Below are positions 47,513 to 57,060 of a stretch of DNA of 64,000 nucleotides, in pieces (the first letter of the stretch is position 1; each line of letters begins with the position of its first letter). The stretch covers positions 41,076-105,075 of the forward strand of contig CAXXYE010000010.1 in NCBI GenBank assembly GCA_963674865.2, read 5' to 3'. The translations under genes were made by a program, and so were the position numbers. The notes under the pieces are model-generated. The model did not search any database and was not told the DNA's origin. It was given only the letters and a program-made list of their open reading frames with translations. Source of the DNA: Candidatus Hydrogenedentota bacterium (lineage in GTDB: Bacteria; Hydrogenedentota; Hydrogenedentia; Hydrogenedentales; SLHB01).

Positions 47513-49675
47513 ATGTCCCAATTCAGTCGGATTTACCTTGCATCGGCCCTAGTTGCTCTCGCAGCCTTGCTCGCAACGGCTGCGGAAATGCCTGCGGAGC
47601 AGCCAGGCGCCTCCCCCGACGTGGAGAAGACGCTCGCGCGTATCGACGCCGAACTTGTCCAGGCCCGCCCCGTCGCCGATCAGGCAACGCCGGCGGACTC
47701 GGCCACGGTGTCGCCTGAATGCCTCGAGAGTGTTCTCACCCGTCTGGACACGGCTATAGACAAGCTCAGTCCGGTGGCCCGCCAGGCGGACGCCGCTTCG
47801 GCCCTTACAGGACCGGCCGTCTCCCTGGAAAGCCGGATGGCAGCGCTTGCTAGCGAACTTGAGGCCGTCCAGGCCGTTGGCGCCGACATTTCCTTCGTCC
47901 CAGGCGCGCCTGTCGCTGCACTCACCATGGACATCCCGACGCCTCTGCCGGGCGCGGGATTCGCCACCATGACCGCCCCGGCGCGCATCCCGGCTCAACC
48001 CCGGTTCGCGCTCATTCCTTCCGTCACGCCGCTTACCGTCTTGACGCAGGCGTCGGACGCGACCCCCGCCGAGCCCCTTGAGGCCGCCGACGCGCCCGTT
48101 GAAGCCGCTCCGGCCGCGGAACAGGCTGCACCAGCCTCCGTGGAGGACCCGCTCGATCAGCTCGTCAACATCGATTTCCGCGAAATGCCGCTCAGCAATG
48201 TGGTGGCCCTTCTCGCGCAGAAGGCGCAGATCAACGTCGTCGCCGGCGCGGATGTCGTCGGCACCGTGACGGCCAAACTCACCAATGTGCCTCTTCGCGA
48301 GGCCATCGAGACCGTCCTTCGCATGAATGGCCTCGGTATGGTCGAGAAGAAGGGCATCTTCTACATCGTGCCATACGAGCAGGCCGTCGCAGAGCGCCGC
48401 GCTACCAGAATGATCCACCTCAGGAACGCCCAGGCAAAGGATGTGAAGCTCACCATTGACGGCATTCTCTTGGGCGACCCCGATGCGCAGCTCGTATCCG
48501 CTTCCTCAAACGACAGTACTAATACCATCATTATCTCCGGCCCCGAAGAGAAGGTGGACGAACTCGAGGCCATCGTTGAGCAGCTCGATGTGAGTGAGCC
48601 CATGCTTCCCACGGTTACGGAGGTTATCAAGCTCAACTACGCGGTTCCTGAGGAGATCGCCTCCACAGTCGAAGACCTGCTTACCGAGAGCGTAGGCAGC
48701 GTCTCGGCCGATGAGCGCGGCCGCAATCTGGTCGTGACCGACATCCCCGTCGTAATAGAGGAGATCCGTGCGCTCGTCGAGCAACTTGATCAGCCGGTCA
48801 AGCAAGTGAGCATCGAGACCATGATTGTCGATGCCGTCCTCGAAGACAGCTCCCAGACGGGCGTCGATTGGCTCCTGAACGCGGTTCGCCGCGTCAACCG
48901 CCGGGGTGAAACCGTCGGCAATCTCCAGAACCTTGGCCTGACAGCGAGCATGCCCGTCACTCAGACGGCGACTCCCGGCGGCTCGCTCGCGTTCGGTATC
49001 CTGTCGAGCGACATCGACCTCTCCGGTATCATCTCGGCCGAGGTGCAGGCCAGTAACGCCAACATTCTCGCCAATCCCGTTGTGGTGACGGTGGAGAACA
49101 AGGAAGCCACGATCAGCATCTCTGAGGAGATTCCCTACCAAGAGCTCACCCAAACCGGGGGCGGCGGGGAATTAGCTACGACCGAGTTCAAGGACGTGGG
49201 CACCATCCTCACGGTCACGCCGCGCGTGACGCATGACAATCACGTGATTGTGAACCTCAGGGCGAAACAGAGCGTAGCGACGGATGTGAGTGAGACGGGC
49301 GTTCCGGTAGAGGACAAGCGTGAGGCGGAAACCACGCTGCGCGCTTTCGACGGCCAGAGCGTTTTCATCGGTGGCCTCCGCAAGTTCCAGGACCGCAAGT
49401 CTGTCCGCAAGCTTCCCGTCCTGGGCGATCTGCCGGTGTTCGGCCTTATGTTCAAGAACGACCTGGTCGTGGAAGAAATCACGGAACTCATGATCTTCCT
49501 GACCTGCCACGTGGTCAAGGACGAAATGCCTGAACTTGCGCCGAGCCAGCAGGAAGCGTTTGACAGACTCGGGGCCAGTCCGGAGGTTCCGAACGCGCAG
49601 CGCAGCCTCTTCCGGGGAATGCTGAAGCCCCAGGAAATGCGCGACCCGATGTGGAAATGGCGCCGGGAGAAATAG
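47513..49675 (+). CDS. pilQ: secretin PilQ
   Basis: A signal peptide and an Ala/Pro-rich linker are followed by N-domains and the secretin core (ILANPVVVTVENKEA ... VGTILTVTPRV ... LPVLGDLPVFGLMFK). Confidence 0.85.
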   Translation: MSQFSRIYLASALVALAALLATAAEMPAEQPGASPDVEKTLARIDAELVQARPVADQATPADSATVSPECLESVLTRLDTAIDKLSPVARQADAASALTGPAVSLESRMAALASELEAVQAVGADISFVPGAPVAALTMDIPTPLPGAGFATMTAPARIPAQPRFALIPSVTPLTVLTQASDATPAEPLEAADAPVEAAPAAEQAAPASVEDPLDQLVNIDFREMPLSNVVALLAQKAQINVVAGADVVGTVTAKLTNVPLREAIETVLRMNGLGMVEKKGIFYIVPYEQAVAERRATRMIHLRNAQAKDVKLTIDGILLGDPDAQLVSASSNDSTNTIIISGPEEKVDELEAIVEQLDVSEPMLPTVTEVIKLNYAVPEEIASTVEDLLTESVGSVSADERGRNLVVTDIPVVIEEIRALVEQLDQPVKQVSIETMIVDAVLEDSSQTGVDWLLNAVRRVNRRGETVGNLQNLGLTASMPVTQTATPGGSLAFGILSSDIDLSGIISAEVQASNANILANPVVVTVENKEATISISEEIPYQELTQTGGGGELATTEFKDVGTILTVTPRVTHDNHVIVNLRAKQSVATDVSETGVPVEDKREAETTLRAFDGQSVFIGGLRKFQDRKSVRKLPVLGDLPVFGLMFKNDLVVEEITELMIFLTCHVVKDEMPELAPSQQEAFDRLGASPEVPNAQRSLFRGMLKPQEMRDPMWKWRREK

Positions 49676-49700
49676 CCGGCCCTTTTTGAGCCGATGTACT

Positions 49701-49739
49701 ACGGCCGCGGTTTTGATGCCGCGGCCGTTTCCTTTTTCC
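49701..49739 (+). terminator. rho-independent terminator after pilQ
   Basis: The 10-bp stem is ACGGCCGCGG/CCGCGGCCGT with an 8-nt loop, followed by TTCCTTTTTCC. Confidence 0.7.
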
Positions 49740-49774
49740 TGACGTATTGTTCAGGCGGTTCTGCAGAAAGTGTG

Positions 49775-52700
49775 TTAATCCGCTTGGATAACCGTATCTT
49801 CCCGTAGATTGGGGAGGAGCCAGTGCATAGGCGGTGTAATCTCCGAAAGACCGCGGGATTTCGGGCGGCGGCCCACTTGGTCGAGATGAGACACAATCAA
49901 AGAGCAGTAATGGTCCTCTAGCTGGACTTTCCCAACGACAAAGTAGGGACCTTGGGAATCCAACAGATGCCCATAACGCTGATACGCCTCCGGGAAGAGC
50001 ACGGCCTCAAAAACACCTTCGAGGTCTTCAAAGGTCAGGAATTTCATGCAGCCGCGGCCCTTGAGCCCTACGCGCCGTTCTGCAATGAGCCACCCGACCA
50101 TCATCACGATACGCTCGGGATAGCAGAGCATGTCGCTGCTGAGCACCAGGGCGTGGCCAACCATGGCCGGCAGGTAATACGCTATGGGGTGAGTCGTCGC
50201 TGTGAGGCCCAAGGCGGTCCATTCGAGATCGCTTCGCTTCTTCCGTGAATAATCCGGCCCGCCCGGAAGCAAGGCATCTACATTCCCCGCTGTAAATAGC
50301 GGGGCTCCCTCTTCGGTAGGCCCACCCTTTCCAAGCATTTCGAGTTCCCATAGAAGCGCTGGGCGCGGCCGGCCAAAACCGTCACAGGCCCCACTATGCA
50401 CGAGGGCCTGCGCGTCGGCATAGGCGACACCCGCCCGCCGACACAACTCGGTGACGTTTTCAAAGGGTGCGGTCTTGCGGGCCTGTTGAAGCGCCTCGAT
50501 GACACCGTGGGACATGCCGCGCACTTCGACAAAACCCACCCGAATCGCTTCGCCTTCCACCGTGTAGCCGAAACGGCTCCGGTTCACATCCGGCGGGCGC
50601 ATCTCGATGCCCAGCCGCCTGGCCTCCTCGATATAGACGGCGGGATGATAGAACCCTCCGCGGTTTGACAGGACGCTCGACAGAAACTCCGCGGGGAAAT
50701 GGGCCTTCAGGTAGGTGCATTGATAGGCGATTTCCCCATAGGTACTGGCGTGGGCCTTACAATAGGAATACTCGGCGAAGTTGGAGATCAATTCCCAAAT
50801 TGCCTCAGCCACGGGCGCTTCGACCCCATTGGCGACGGCTTTCTTGAGAAAGAGCCGCATGTGGTTGGCCAGGGTCGTGGGGGAGCGCTTCTTGCCCATG
50901 GCGCGGCGGAGGCTGTCCGCCTCTGCCAGATTCATCCCGGCAATGACGTTTGCCACCTTGAGAATATCTTCCTGATAGAGCATCACGCCATAGGTATCGC
51001 CAAGCACGCGTTGCAGCGCCGGATGTAAATACACGGTTTCTTCTCTGGCCGCATGGCGCGCGATAAACCGCTTCTTCATCCCGCTTCCGGAAGGCCCCGG
51101 CCGCACAAGGGATAACGTCTTGATCAGCATATCGGTCGTGTCCGCGCACGTGTTCTGGAGGAGGGCGCGCATGGCCGGCGACTCGATCTGAAAGCAGCCA
51201 ATCGTTCTGCCGGAGCGGATCAGTTCCCCCGTAAGCCCGTCCGGGTCGGGCAATCGCTCGATATCGATTGCAATGCCGCGGTTCTCGCGAATGTTCTGAA
51301 TCGTCTCATCAATCACCGTCAACGAGCGGTGGCCCAACAAATCCATTTTCACCAGGCCGAGGTCCTTGATGGGATACATGTCATACTGCGTGATGAGAAG
51401 GCCCTTAGTGGCGCGCTGAAGCGGCACAAACCGCGTCAGCGGCTCCGGTGCAATGACGACGCCGCCCGAATGGATCGATAAATGGCGCGGAAACCCATCG
51501 ATAAATTCGCTGATTTCGACAATAGACTTAAGCGGCTCCTCATTGAGGTTCAGGTGCCGGCATTCCGGAAGAAACTTCGCCACTGTCCGGAGGTCGTGGG
51601 CGCGGTAATGAGGCAGGCGACGCGCAATCGCCCGGATCTCCTGTTCCGTCAATCCAAACGCCTTGGCTACTTCCCGCACGGCCGACCGCGCCTTGAAGGT
51701 GTTGAACGTGGCGATCATCGCGACGCGTTCTTCCCCATACCGGCGATAGACGTAATCGATGACGTTATCCCGGCGGCGCCAGCAGATATCCAGGTCGATA
51801 TCCGGGCAGTCCGATCGGGAGAGGTTCAGGAAACGTTCGAAATACAAGTCATATTTGAACGGATCCACGCGGGTGATCCCAAGCACATGCGCCACCAGGC
51901 TGTTCGCCGCCGAGCCGCGTCCCACAATAGGGATGCCCCGTTTGCGGGCATAGCGCACGATATCCCATACGATGAGAAAATACGGCACGAAACCCAGCGT
52001 ATCGATCACGTCCAACTCATGCTGAAAACGCTGCATCACCGCCGGCGCAAGAGGACGGTAGCGCTTCTTAAGCCCCTCAAATGCCACCTTCCACAAATAA
52101 GAAAAGGCCGTTTCCCCCGCGGGTGGATTGAACGCCGGAAACCGCGGCGTGCCGAAAGACAAATCGAGTTCACACTGCTCCGCCACCCACTCCGCATTCG
52201 CCAGTGTCTCCGGCCAATCGGCGTAGAGGCGGGCCATCTCCTCCGGCGAGCGGAACCACGCCCCCGGCGGAGCCACATCGTCTCCGGCAAGAGTATCTAC
52301 CGTCGCATTGCATCGAATCGCCGAGAGCACCCGGTGGATCCGGGCGTGATCCGGTTCCAGGAAATACACCGGATTCACCGCCACCGGCCGCATGCCTCGC
52401 TCTTGCGCCCAATCACGCAACCGGCCCGCCACGGCCCGCGAACATCCATCCTCATAATGCGTAATCGCCACCAGCGGCCGCACTCCCCGTGCCGTCAGCT
52501 CTTCGATAAGCCGCCGCTCAGATGTCAGCACAAATACATCCTCGGAGCCAACGCTGTCTGCCAGCCGGAAATCCTCCTCCAACCGGCATGCGGTAACGAG
52601 CCGGCACAATTCGGCGTAGCCTTCCCGGTTCCGCGCCAATAGCACCGTCCCCTCCAATTCGACGCCGAGAATCGGCTTTAGCCCGGCCTCTTTCGCCGTC

Positions 52701-52849
52701 TGATAAAAGGGAATCGCCCCGTACATCCCCCCCGTGTCGGTCAGCGCAAGCGACTTCATGCCGTACTCGACGGCGCGCCCTACCAACTGCCGGAATGTCG
52801 CCGTCCCGTTCAACAAGGAATGATTACTATGAACATGCAAATGCGTCAT
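49775..52849 (-). CDS. dnaE2: DNA polymerase III alpha-type subunit, DnaE2 (ImuC)-like
   Basis: The PHP N-terminus is HLHVHSNHSLLNG. The short length (1024 aa) and the position directly downstream of a Y-family polymerase behind an SOS-box-like operator support the call. Confidence 0.75.
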   Translation of the reverse strand: MTHLHVHSNHSLLNGTATFRQLVGRAVEYGMKSLALTDTGGMYGAIPFYQTAKEAGLKPILGVELEGTVLLARNREGYAELCRLVTACRLEEDFRLADSVGSEDVFVLTSERRLIEELTARGVRPLVAITHYEDGCSRAVAGRLRDWAQERGMRPVAVNPVYFLEPDHARIHRVLSAIRCNATVDTLAGDDVAPPGAWFRSPEEMARLYADWPETLANAEWVAEQCELDLSFGTPRFPAFNPPAGETAFSYLWKVAFEGLKKRYRPLAPAVMQRFQHELDVIDTLGFVPYFLIVWDIVRYARKRGIPIVGRGSAANSLVAHVLGITRVDPFKYDLYFERFLNLSRSDCPDIDLDICWRRRDNVIDYVYRRYGEERVAMIATFNTFKARSAVREVAKAFGLTEQEIRAIARRLPHYRAHDLRTVAKFLPECRHLNLNEEPLKSIVEISEFIDGFPRHLSIHSGGVVIAPEPLTRFVPLQRATKGLLITQYDMYPIKDLGLVKMDLLGHRSLTVIDETIQNIRENRGIAIDIERLPDPDGLTGELIRSGRTIGCFQIESPAMRALLQNTCADTTDMLIKTLSLVRPGPSGSGMKKRFIARHAAREETVYLHPALQRVLGDTYGVMLYQEDILKVANVIAGMNLAEADSLRRAMGKKRSPTTLANHMRLFLKKAVANGVEAPVAEAIWELISNFAEYSYCKAHASTYGEIAYQCTYLKAHFPAEFLSSVLSNRGGFYHPAVYIEEARRLGIEMRPPDVNRSRFGYTVEGEAIRVGFVEVRGMSHGVIEALQQARKTAPFENVTELCRRAGVAYADAQALVHSGACDGFGRPRPALLWELEMLGKGGPTEEGAPLFTAGNVDALLPGGPDYSRKKRSDLEWTALGLTATTHPIAYYLPAMVGHALVLSSDMLCYPERIVMMVGWLIAERRVGLKGRGCMKFLTFEDLEGVFEAVLFPEAYQRYGHLLDSQGPYFVVGKVQLEDHYCSLIVSHLDQVGRRPKSRGLSEITPPMHWLLPNLREDTVIQAD

Positions 52850-52898
52850 AAATTGCTAAAAAACATGTGTTTCTCAGAGAGTTTTCTTAATAACGCCG

Positions 52899-54101
52899 TT
52901 ATCTTGACAAGGAGGGGGTGGCGAGTTGAACACGTCGGCCGAGGCTCATGGATTTTCCAAATCGGACGCATTCGAATCCATGGCGATCCCGGATGCGATC
53001 TACGCCTGCCATGGCCTGTTCCCATTTTTCCGACATCCGCCTGCCGAATAGGCGCAACTGATGCTGGTTGTAACTGAGCAAACTCAGCCCTATCCCCACT
53101 AGTCGTACGCGTGCCCGCCGGCGTTTGGCCTTGGGCAGTAGCTCGTGCAGCGCCGCGATAAGGTCTCCGTCCAGCCACGTGGGCTCCGGCAAACGCTTGG
53201 CAAAGGTGCAGGTTTTGAAATCGGAATAGCGCACTTTGAGCGTGACGCATCGCGTCTCCATACCCTTTTCTCGCAGCGCATACGCCGCCCGCTCGGTAAG
53301 GTACGTCAACACACGCTCCATATGGCTCCAATCCAGCAGGTCTTCCTCAAACGTCGTCTCCCGGCTGATCGACTTCGGGGGAGCATCCGGCGCCACGATG
53401 GACCTCGATATGCCCTGCGCCGCCTGCTGAAGGGCATAAGCCAACTGGCCGAAGGCACCCACGAGCGTATCCAAAGGCAAATCGGCCAGCCGCCCAATCG
53501 TCAGGACTCCCAACGATTCGAGCGTTTCACGAGTCCGCGGCCCGACGCCGGGGAGTTTGCGCACAGGCAGCGGCCGGAAGAAGGCCGCCTCTGCTCCCGG
53601 TTCGATACGCAAATAACCATCCGGTTTGGCCTCATCGACGGCTACTTTGGCCACCAATTTGTTCGAGGCGATGGCGATGGTGCATGGAAGTTGTATCTTT
53701 TGACGAATCCGGGATTTGATATGGTGTGCAATGGCGTCATCGCCCCCCAACAGTCGCTGGGAACCTGAGATATCGAGATATGCCTCATCAATCGACGCCA
53801 TCTCCACCAGCGGAGAAATCGTCTGAAGGATTTCGCGGATATTCTCCGAAGCGGCGCGATAATGCTCGAAATTCCCCCGCATGAATATCCCATGAGGGCA
53901 AAGCCGCCGCGCCTGCACCAACGGCATGGCCGAATGGATACCGTACTCACGCGCCTCATAGGAAGCCGTACATACCACCCCGCGCGAGTCCCGCGCGTCC
54001 CCTCCGATAATCAGAGGCTTTCCGCACAGCGAAGGATCGCGCACCTGCTCAACCGACGCAAAAAAAGCATCCATGTCGATATGTAAGATTCTACGTTCCA
54101 A
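52899..54101 (-). CDS. dinB: DNA polymerase IV (Y-family), catalytic residues intact
   Basis: ILHIDMDAFFASVE, SIDEAYLD and PGVGPRT are present. The start is TTG. Confidence 0.85.
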   Translation of the reverse strand: MERRILHIDMDAFFASVEQVRDPSLCGKPLIIGGDARDSRGVVCTASYEAREYGIHSAMPLVQARRLCPHGIFMRGNFEHYRAASENIREILQTISPLVEMASIDEAYLDISGSQRLLGGDDAIAHHIKSRIRQKIQLPCTIAIASNKLVAKVAVDEAKPDGYLRIEPGAEAAFFRPLPVRKLPGVGPRTRETLESLGVLTIGRLADLPLDTLVGAFGQLAYALQQAAQGISRSIVAPDAPPKSISRETTFEEDLLDWSHMERVLTYLTERAAYALREKGMETRCVTLKVRYSDFKTCTFAKRLPEPTWLDGDLIAALHELLPKAKRRRARVRLVGIGLSLLSYNQHQLRLFGRRMSEKWEQAMAGVDRIRDRHGFECVRFGKSMSLGRRVQLATPSLSR

Positions 54102-54133
54102 AGACCTACACCCGAAGATTTACGCGGAGAAAA

Positions 54134-54153
54134 TACTGAATATAAGTTCAGCT
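54134..54153. promoter_or_regulatory. LexA-box-like palindromic operator TACTGAATATAAGTTCAGCT
   Basis: It has the CTG-N10-CAG architecture with CTGAA/TTCAG arms. It lies immediately downstream of the -10 hexamer of the dinB promoter and covers the expected transcription start. Confidence 0.55.
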
Positions 54154-54155
54154 AA

Positions 54156-54184
54156 AATATACCTCACAAACGTTTCCGTGTCAA
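54156..54184 (-). promoter_or_regulatory. sigma70-like promoter, TTGACA-17-TATATT, for dinB-dnaE2
   Basis: On the minus strand the -35 hexamer is at 54184..54179 and the -10 hexamer at 54161..54156. Confidence 0.55.
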
Positions 54185-54344
54185 ACGTTTTGCCTCTCCG
54201 AAGTGGCCTGGACACCGATTGCGCCACGTCAAGCCGTTGATAAATAAGGGGATACCGACGATGTAGACCGGGTCTCAAGAGAGAGGGAGGGCTTCAGAGC
54301 GCGGGATTTCTACTGCCAACGGAAGCAGGGACAAGAAGAATACG

Positions 54345-54824
54345 TTAGGGCTGCGGCCAGAGGCCTTCTTCCGACAATGGCAAGCGGCGCTGTCCGTGGG
54401 GAAACTTCAGTTCCACCCAGGGTAGCGCCTCTCCCCGCGCCGCCTCCGGCAACTCGATGATGTAGGTAACGAGGTCGCCGTCTCTTCGGGCCGCCGTGCT
54501 CCGGCACGTACCGCCGAAGGGCTCACGCAACAGGACAGGAATCGCGACGTCCCGTTGCGCCCATGGCCCGGATAAACGAAACGTCGCCTGCACGGCCCCC
54601 CCAACCAATCGGATCTCACTGATCTGCCCTTCCCACTCCGCAACGGGAGCGGCGCCGACTTGCCCTTTGATATCTTCCGAATAGCTCTGCCAGGTAGGCG
54701 TGCTGTTCTGGATACGCCGCGCCAACTCTTCCGTAGAGACCCCCGAACACGAGACGAGAAAGGCCGCAGCTACCCCGCAATAACATGCGGCCGCGGCAAC
54801 AGAACGGAGCCTGTGAGCAGACAC
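54345..54824 (-). CDS. hypothetical lipoprotein
   Basis: The lipobox is FLVSC, and the gene starts 9 nt after the upstream regulator gene. Confidence 0.5.
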   Translation of the reverse strand: MSAHRLRSVAAAACYCGVAAAFLVSCSGVSTEELARRIQNSTPTWQSYSEDIKGQVGAAPVAEWEGQISEIRLVGGAVQATFRLSGPWAQRDVAIPVLLREPFGGTCRSTAARRDGDLVTYIIELPEAARGEALPWVELKFPHGQRRLPLSEEGLWPQP

Positions 54825-54833
54825 GTTCCCCCG

Positions 54834-55766
54834 CTATCGATCCGTGCGACGCCGGTCCACGAACACGACGCTTTTGCCTTCGGGCCGCGCCATCTGCCGC
54901 ACCTGCGCCAACACCTCGAACATCTTCTTCGCGCTCTTGAAATGCCGGTACTGGGTGTGTGCTACGCCGACCGACAGGGCCATCAAGGGATAGCGATGTT
55001 CCTGACCGCGTTTGTCCGCCGCCGTGACGTAACCTTGGGAGACCTCTTGCGCCGTATACAATTGCTGGACATTTTGATCGAACGTCTGCATGAGGGTATT
55101 GCAGAACCGCTCGTAGTCCTCGAGATTTACCATCACAACAAAGTGCTCGCCTCCCATGTGCGCGATGAACCCCTCGTAGATCCCCATACTGCGATTCAGT
55201 TGCGCGAGCAGCTTGGCCATAAACTCCAAGGCGCGCTTCTGCCCTTCTACGCCGCGGGAAGCGTAGTAGGCTTTGAAGCCAACCACATCGATGTAGCACA
55301 CGGCAATCGCGACGCCGCGGGCAAGGCGGTGATTTATCTCTCGTTTGATGGCGTCCGTGCCCGGAAGTCCCGTGACGGCATTCCGCTTGCCCACCGAATC
55401 GAGCAAGACCTCCAAAGCTCCGAGTTTCTCCATGAGTTTGTCGAGACGGAATGGTTTAACGAGGTAGTCGTCGGCGCCTTGCTCAAGGCCGTGCAGGACT
55501 TCCGGTTCTTCGCCCAGAGCGGTGAGAATAAGAATCCCCATACGATACAGTTCGGGGTCTTTCCGCAGGCGCCGGCAGATCTGATAGCCGGTTACGCCCG
55601 GCAACATAATGTCCAGGATGGCGATGCTCGGCTTGACCTGCTTCGCAAGTTCAAACGCCCCTTCGCCTGTATGTATGAGGTGAATCTGGTGACCTTCCGC
55701 CTCGAGCTTTGTCTTCACCAGTTCGGCTAGGTCTGTGTCGTCATCAACCACTATAATCTTGCTCAT
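54834..55766 (-). CDS. response regulator: receiver plus degenerate GGDEF domain
   Basis: The REC domain reads IIVVDDDTD ... ILDIMLPGVTG ... YLVKPF. The GGDEF-like domain has GGEHF in place of GG(D/E)EF, and the upstream ND-x2-GH-x2-GD region is altered. Confidence 0.8.
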   Translation of the reverse strand: MSKIIVVDDDTDLAELVKTKLEAEGHQIHLIHTGEGAFELAKQVKPSIAILDIMLPGVTGYQICRRLRKDPELYRMGILILTALGEEPEVLHGLEQGADDYLVKPFRLDKLMEKLGALEVLLDSVGKRNAVTGLPGTDAIKREINHRLARGVAIAVCYIDVVGFKAYYASRGVEGQKRALEFMAKLLAQLNRSMGIYEGFIAHMGGEHFVVMVNLEDYERFCNTLMQTFDQNVQQLYTAQEVSQGYVTAADKRGQEHRYPLMALSVGVAHTQYRHFKSAKKMFEVLAQVRQMARPEGKSVVFVDRRRTDR

Positions 55767-55986
55767 CTATTCACCTTCCGGCTCTGAACCCGCGGAAACA
55801 GGCCGTCATTATACAACCACAGCGGCCGGGTTGCCAATCGTTCGGTATGCCAAATCCCTTTCGGGCAAGAGGCTGTTGCGGGCCGCCGTGGACGTGCCAT
55901 CACGCAATGCATATTTGCAGTTTGTTTCCGAGCGTGTTCATTGCGGAAGTTTGGCCAGCGTTGCCAAACCTTGACGGATCTTGAAC

Positions 55987-56015
55987 TTGACTTTGGTCCG
56001 GGCCTTTGGTATTCT
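55987..56015 (+). promoter_or_regulatory. sigma70-like promoter, TTGACT-17-TATTCT, for rplM-rpsI
   Basis: It lies about 70 nt upstream of the rplM start. The leader contains a GGCAGG/CCTGTC hairpin. Confidence 0.5.
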
Positions 56016-56086
56016 CCGCACTCGCTTTCTATAGTGCCTGGCAGGTGCGTCATGCCTGTCGCGGGGCAATCCGGAGGAATGATGCA

Positions 56087-56521
56087 GTGAAGACGTATGT
56101 CCCCAAACAAGGGGAAGTGACAAAGAAGTGGCACCTTATTGACGCGGAAGGGCAGGTGTTGGGGCGAGTGGCGGTCGAGGCGGCAAAGCTGCTTCGGGGC
56201 AAGCACAAGCCACAGTATACGCCGTATCTGGACTGCGGCGACCTGGTCGTGATCATCAACGCGGAAAAGGCGCGCATCACGGGTCGTAAGGCCCAGCAGA
56301 AGACGTATTACCGGCATTCGGGCTATCCTGGCGGTCTTAAGGAAGCCTCGTACGCGGAGATGGTGGCAAAGCACCCGACGCGGGCAATGATGCTTGCGGT
56401 GAAGGGCATGCTTCCACACAACCGACTCGGCCGGCAACTGGCGCGCCACGTGCGCATATACGCCGGTGCGTCACATCCCCACGAGGCGCAGTGTCCTGAG
56501 CCCTACGTGATGTCCAAGTAG
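56087..56521 (+). CDS. rplM: 50S ribosomal protein L13
   Basis: [17 protein letters not shown] ... [10 protein letters not shown] is present. The GTG start has GGAGG 9 nt upstream, and the track extension is spurious. Confidence 0.9.
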   Translation: MKTYVPKQGEVTKKWHLIDAEGQVLGRVAVEAAKLLRGKHKPQYTPYLDCGDLVVIINAEKARITGRKAQQKTYYRHSGYPGGLKEASYAEMVAKHPTRAMMLAVKGMLPHNRLGRQLARHVRIYAGASHPHEAQCPEPYVMSK

Positions 56522-56543
56522 CTGAGAAGAGAGGTACACAGAC

Positions 56544-56942
56544 GTGGCAGAGACGACTCAAGAAGTGGTTGCGATAGGGCGACGGAAGGCGGCGCGGGCT
56601 CGTGTGCGAATGAAGCCGGGCACTGGTCAGGTCACTGTAAACGGGCGGCCGCTGAATGAATACCTTGCCCGTGAGGTGTTGGTGATGATGGCGCTGCAGC
56701 CGTTCCAGATCACCGGCAATGAGGGCCGGTTCGATATACGGGCCCTGTGCGATGGCGGCGGTCTTGCCGGTCAGGCCGGCGCCCTTCGACTGGGCATTGC
56801 ACGCGCTTTGCTCAAGACCGACGCGAACTGCCGTGTGGCGTTGCGTCGCGCCGGTTTGCTTACGCGTGACGCGCGCGAAGTCGAACGCAAGAAGTACGGC
56901 CAGCCGGGCGCACGGAAACGGTTCCAGTTCTCGAAGCGCTAG
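56544..56942 (+). CDS. rpsI: 30S ribosomal protein S9
   Basis: GRRKAARARV ... GGGLAGQAGALRLGIARAL ... RKKYGQPGARKRFQFSKR is present. Confidence 0.9.
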   Translation: MAETTQEVVAIGRRKAARARVRMKPGTGQVTVNGRPLNEYLAREVLVMMALQPFQITGNEGRFDIRALCDGGGLAGQAGALRLGIARALLKTDANCRVALRRAGLLTRDAREVERKKYGQPGARKRFQFSKR

Positions 56943-56966
56943 TCCGAACAACACGTTCGTTTATCA

Positions 56967-57030
56967 AAGCCTCCCGTATTCTGCGGGAGGCTTGTCTTTT
57001 TGAGGCGCCCGGTATCACCGGGCGCTTCAT
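56967..57030 (+). terminator. tandem terminator hairpins after rpsI
   Basis: The first is AAGCCTCCCG/CGGGAGGCTT (10 bp) followed by GTCTTTTT. The second is GCGCCCGG/CCGGGCGC (8 bp) followed by a T-rich tail. Confidence 0.7.
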
Positions 57031-57060
57031 CTTTCTCGCCTCCCTCAATTGGTCCGAACG

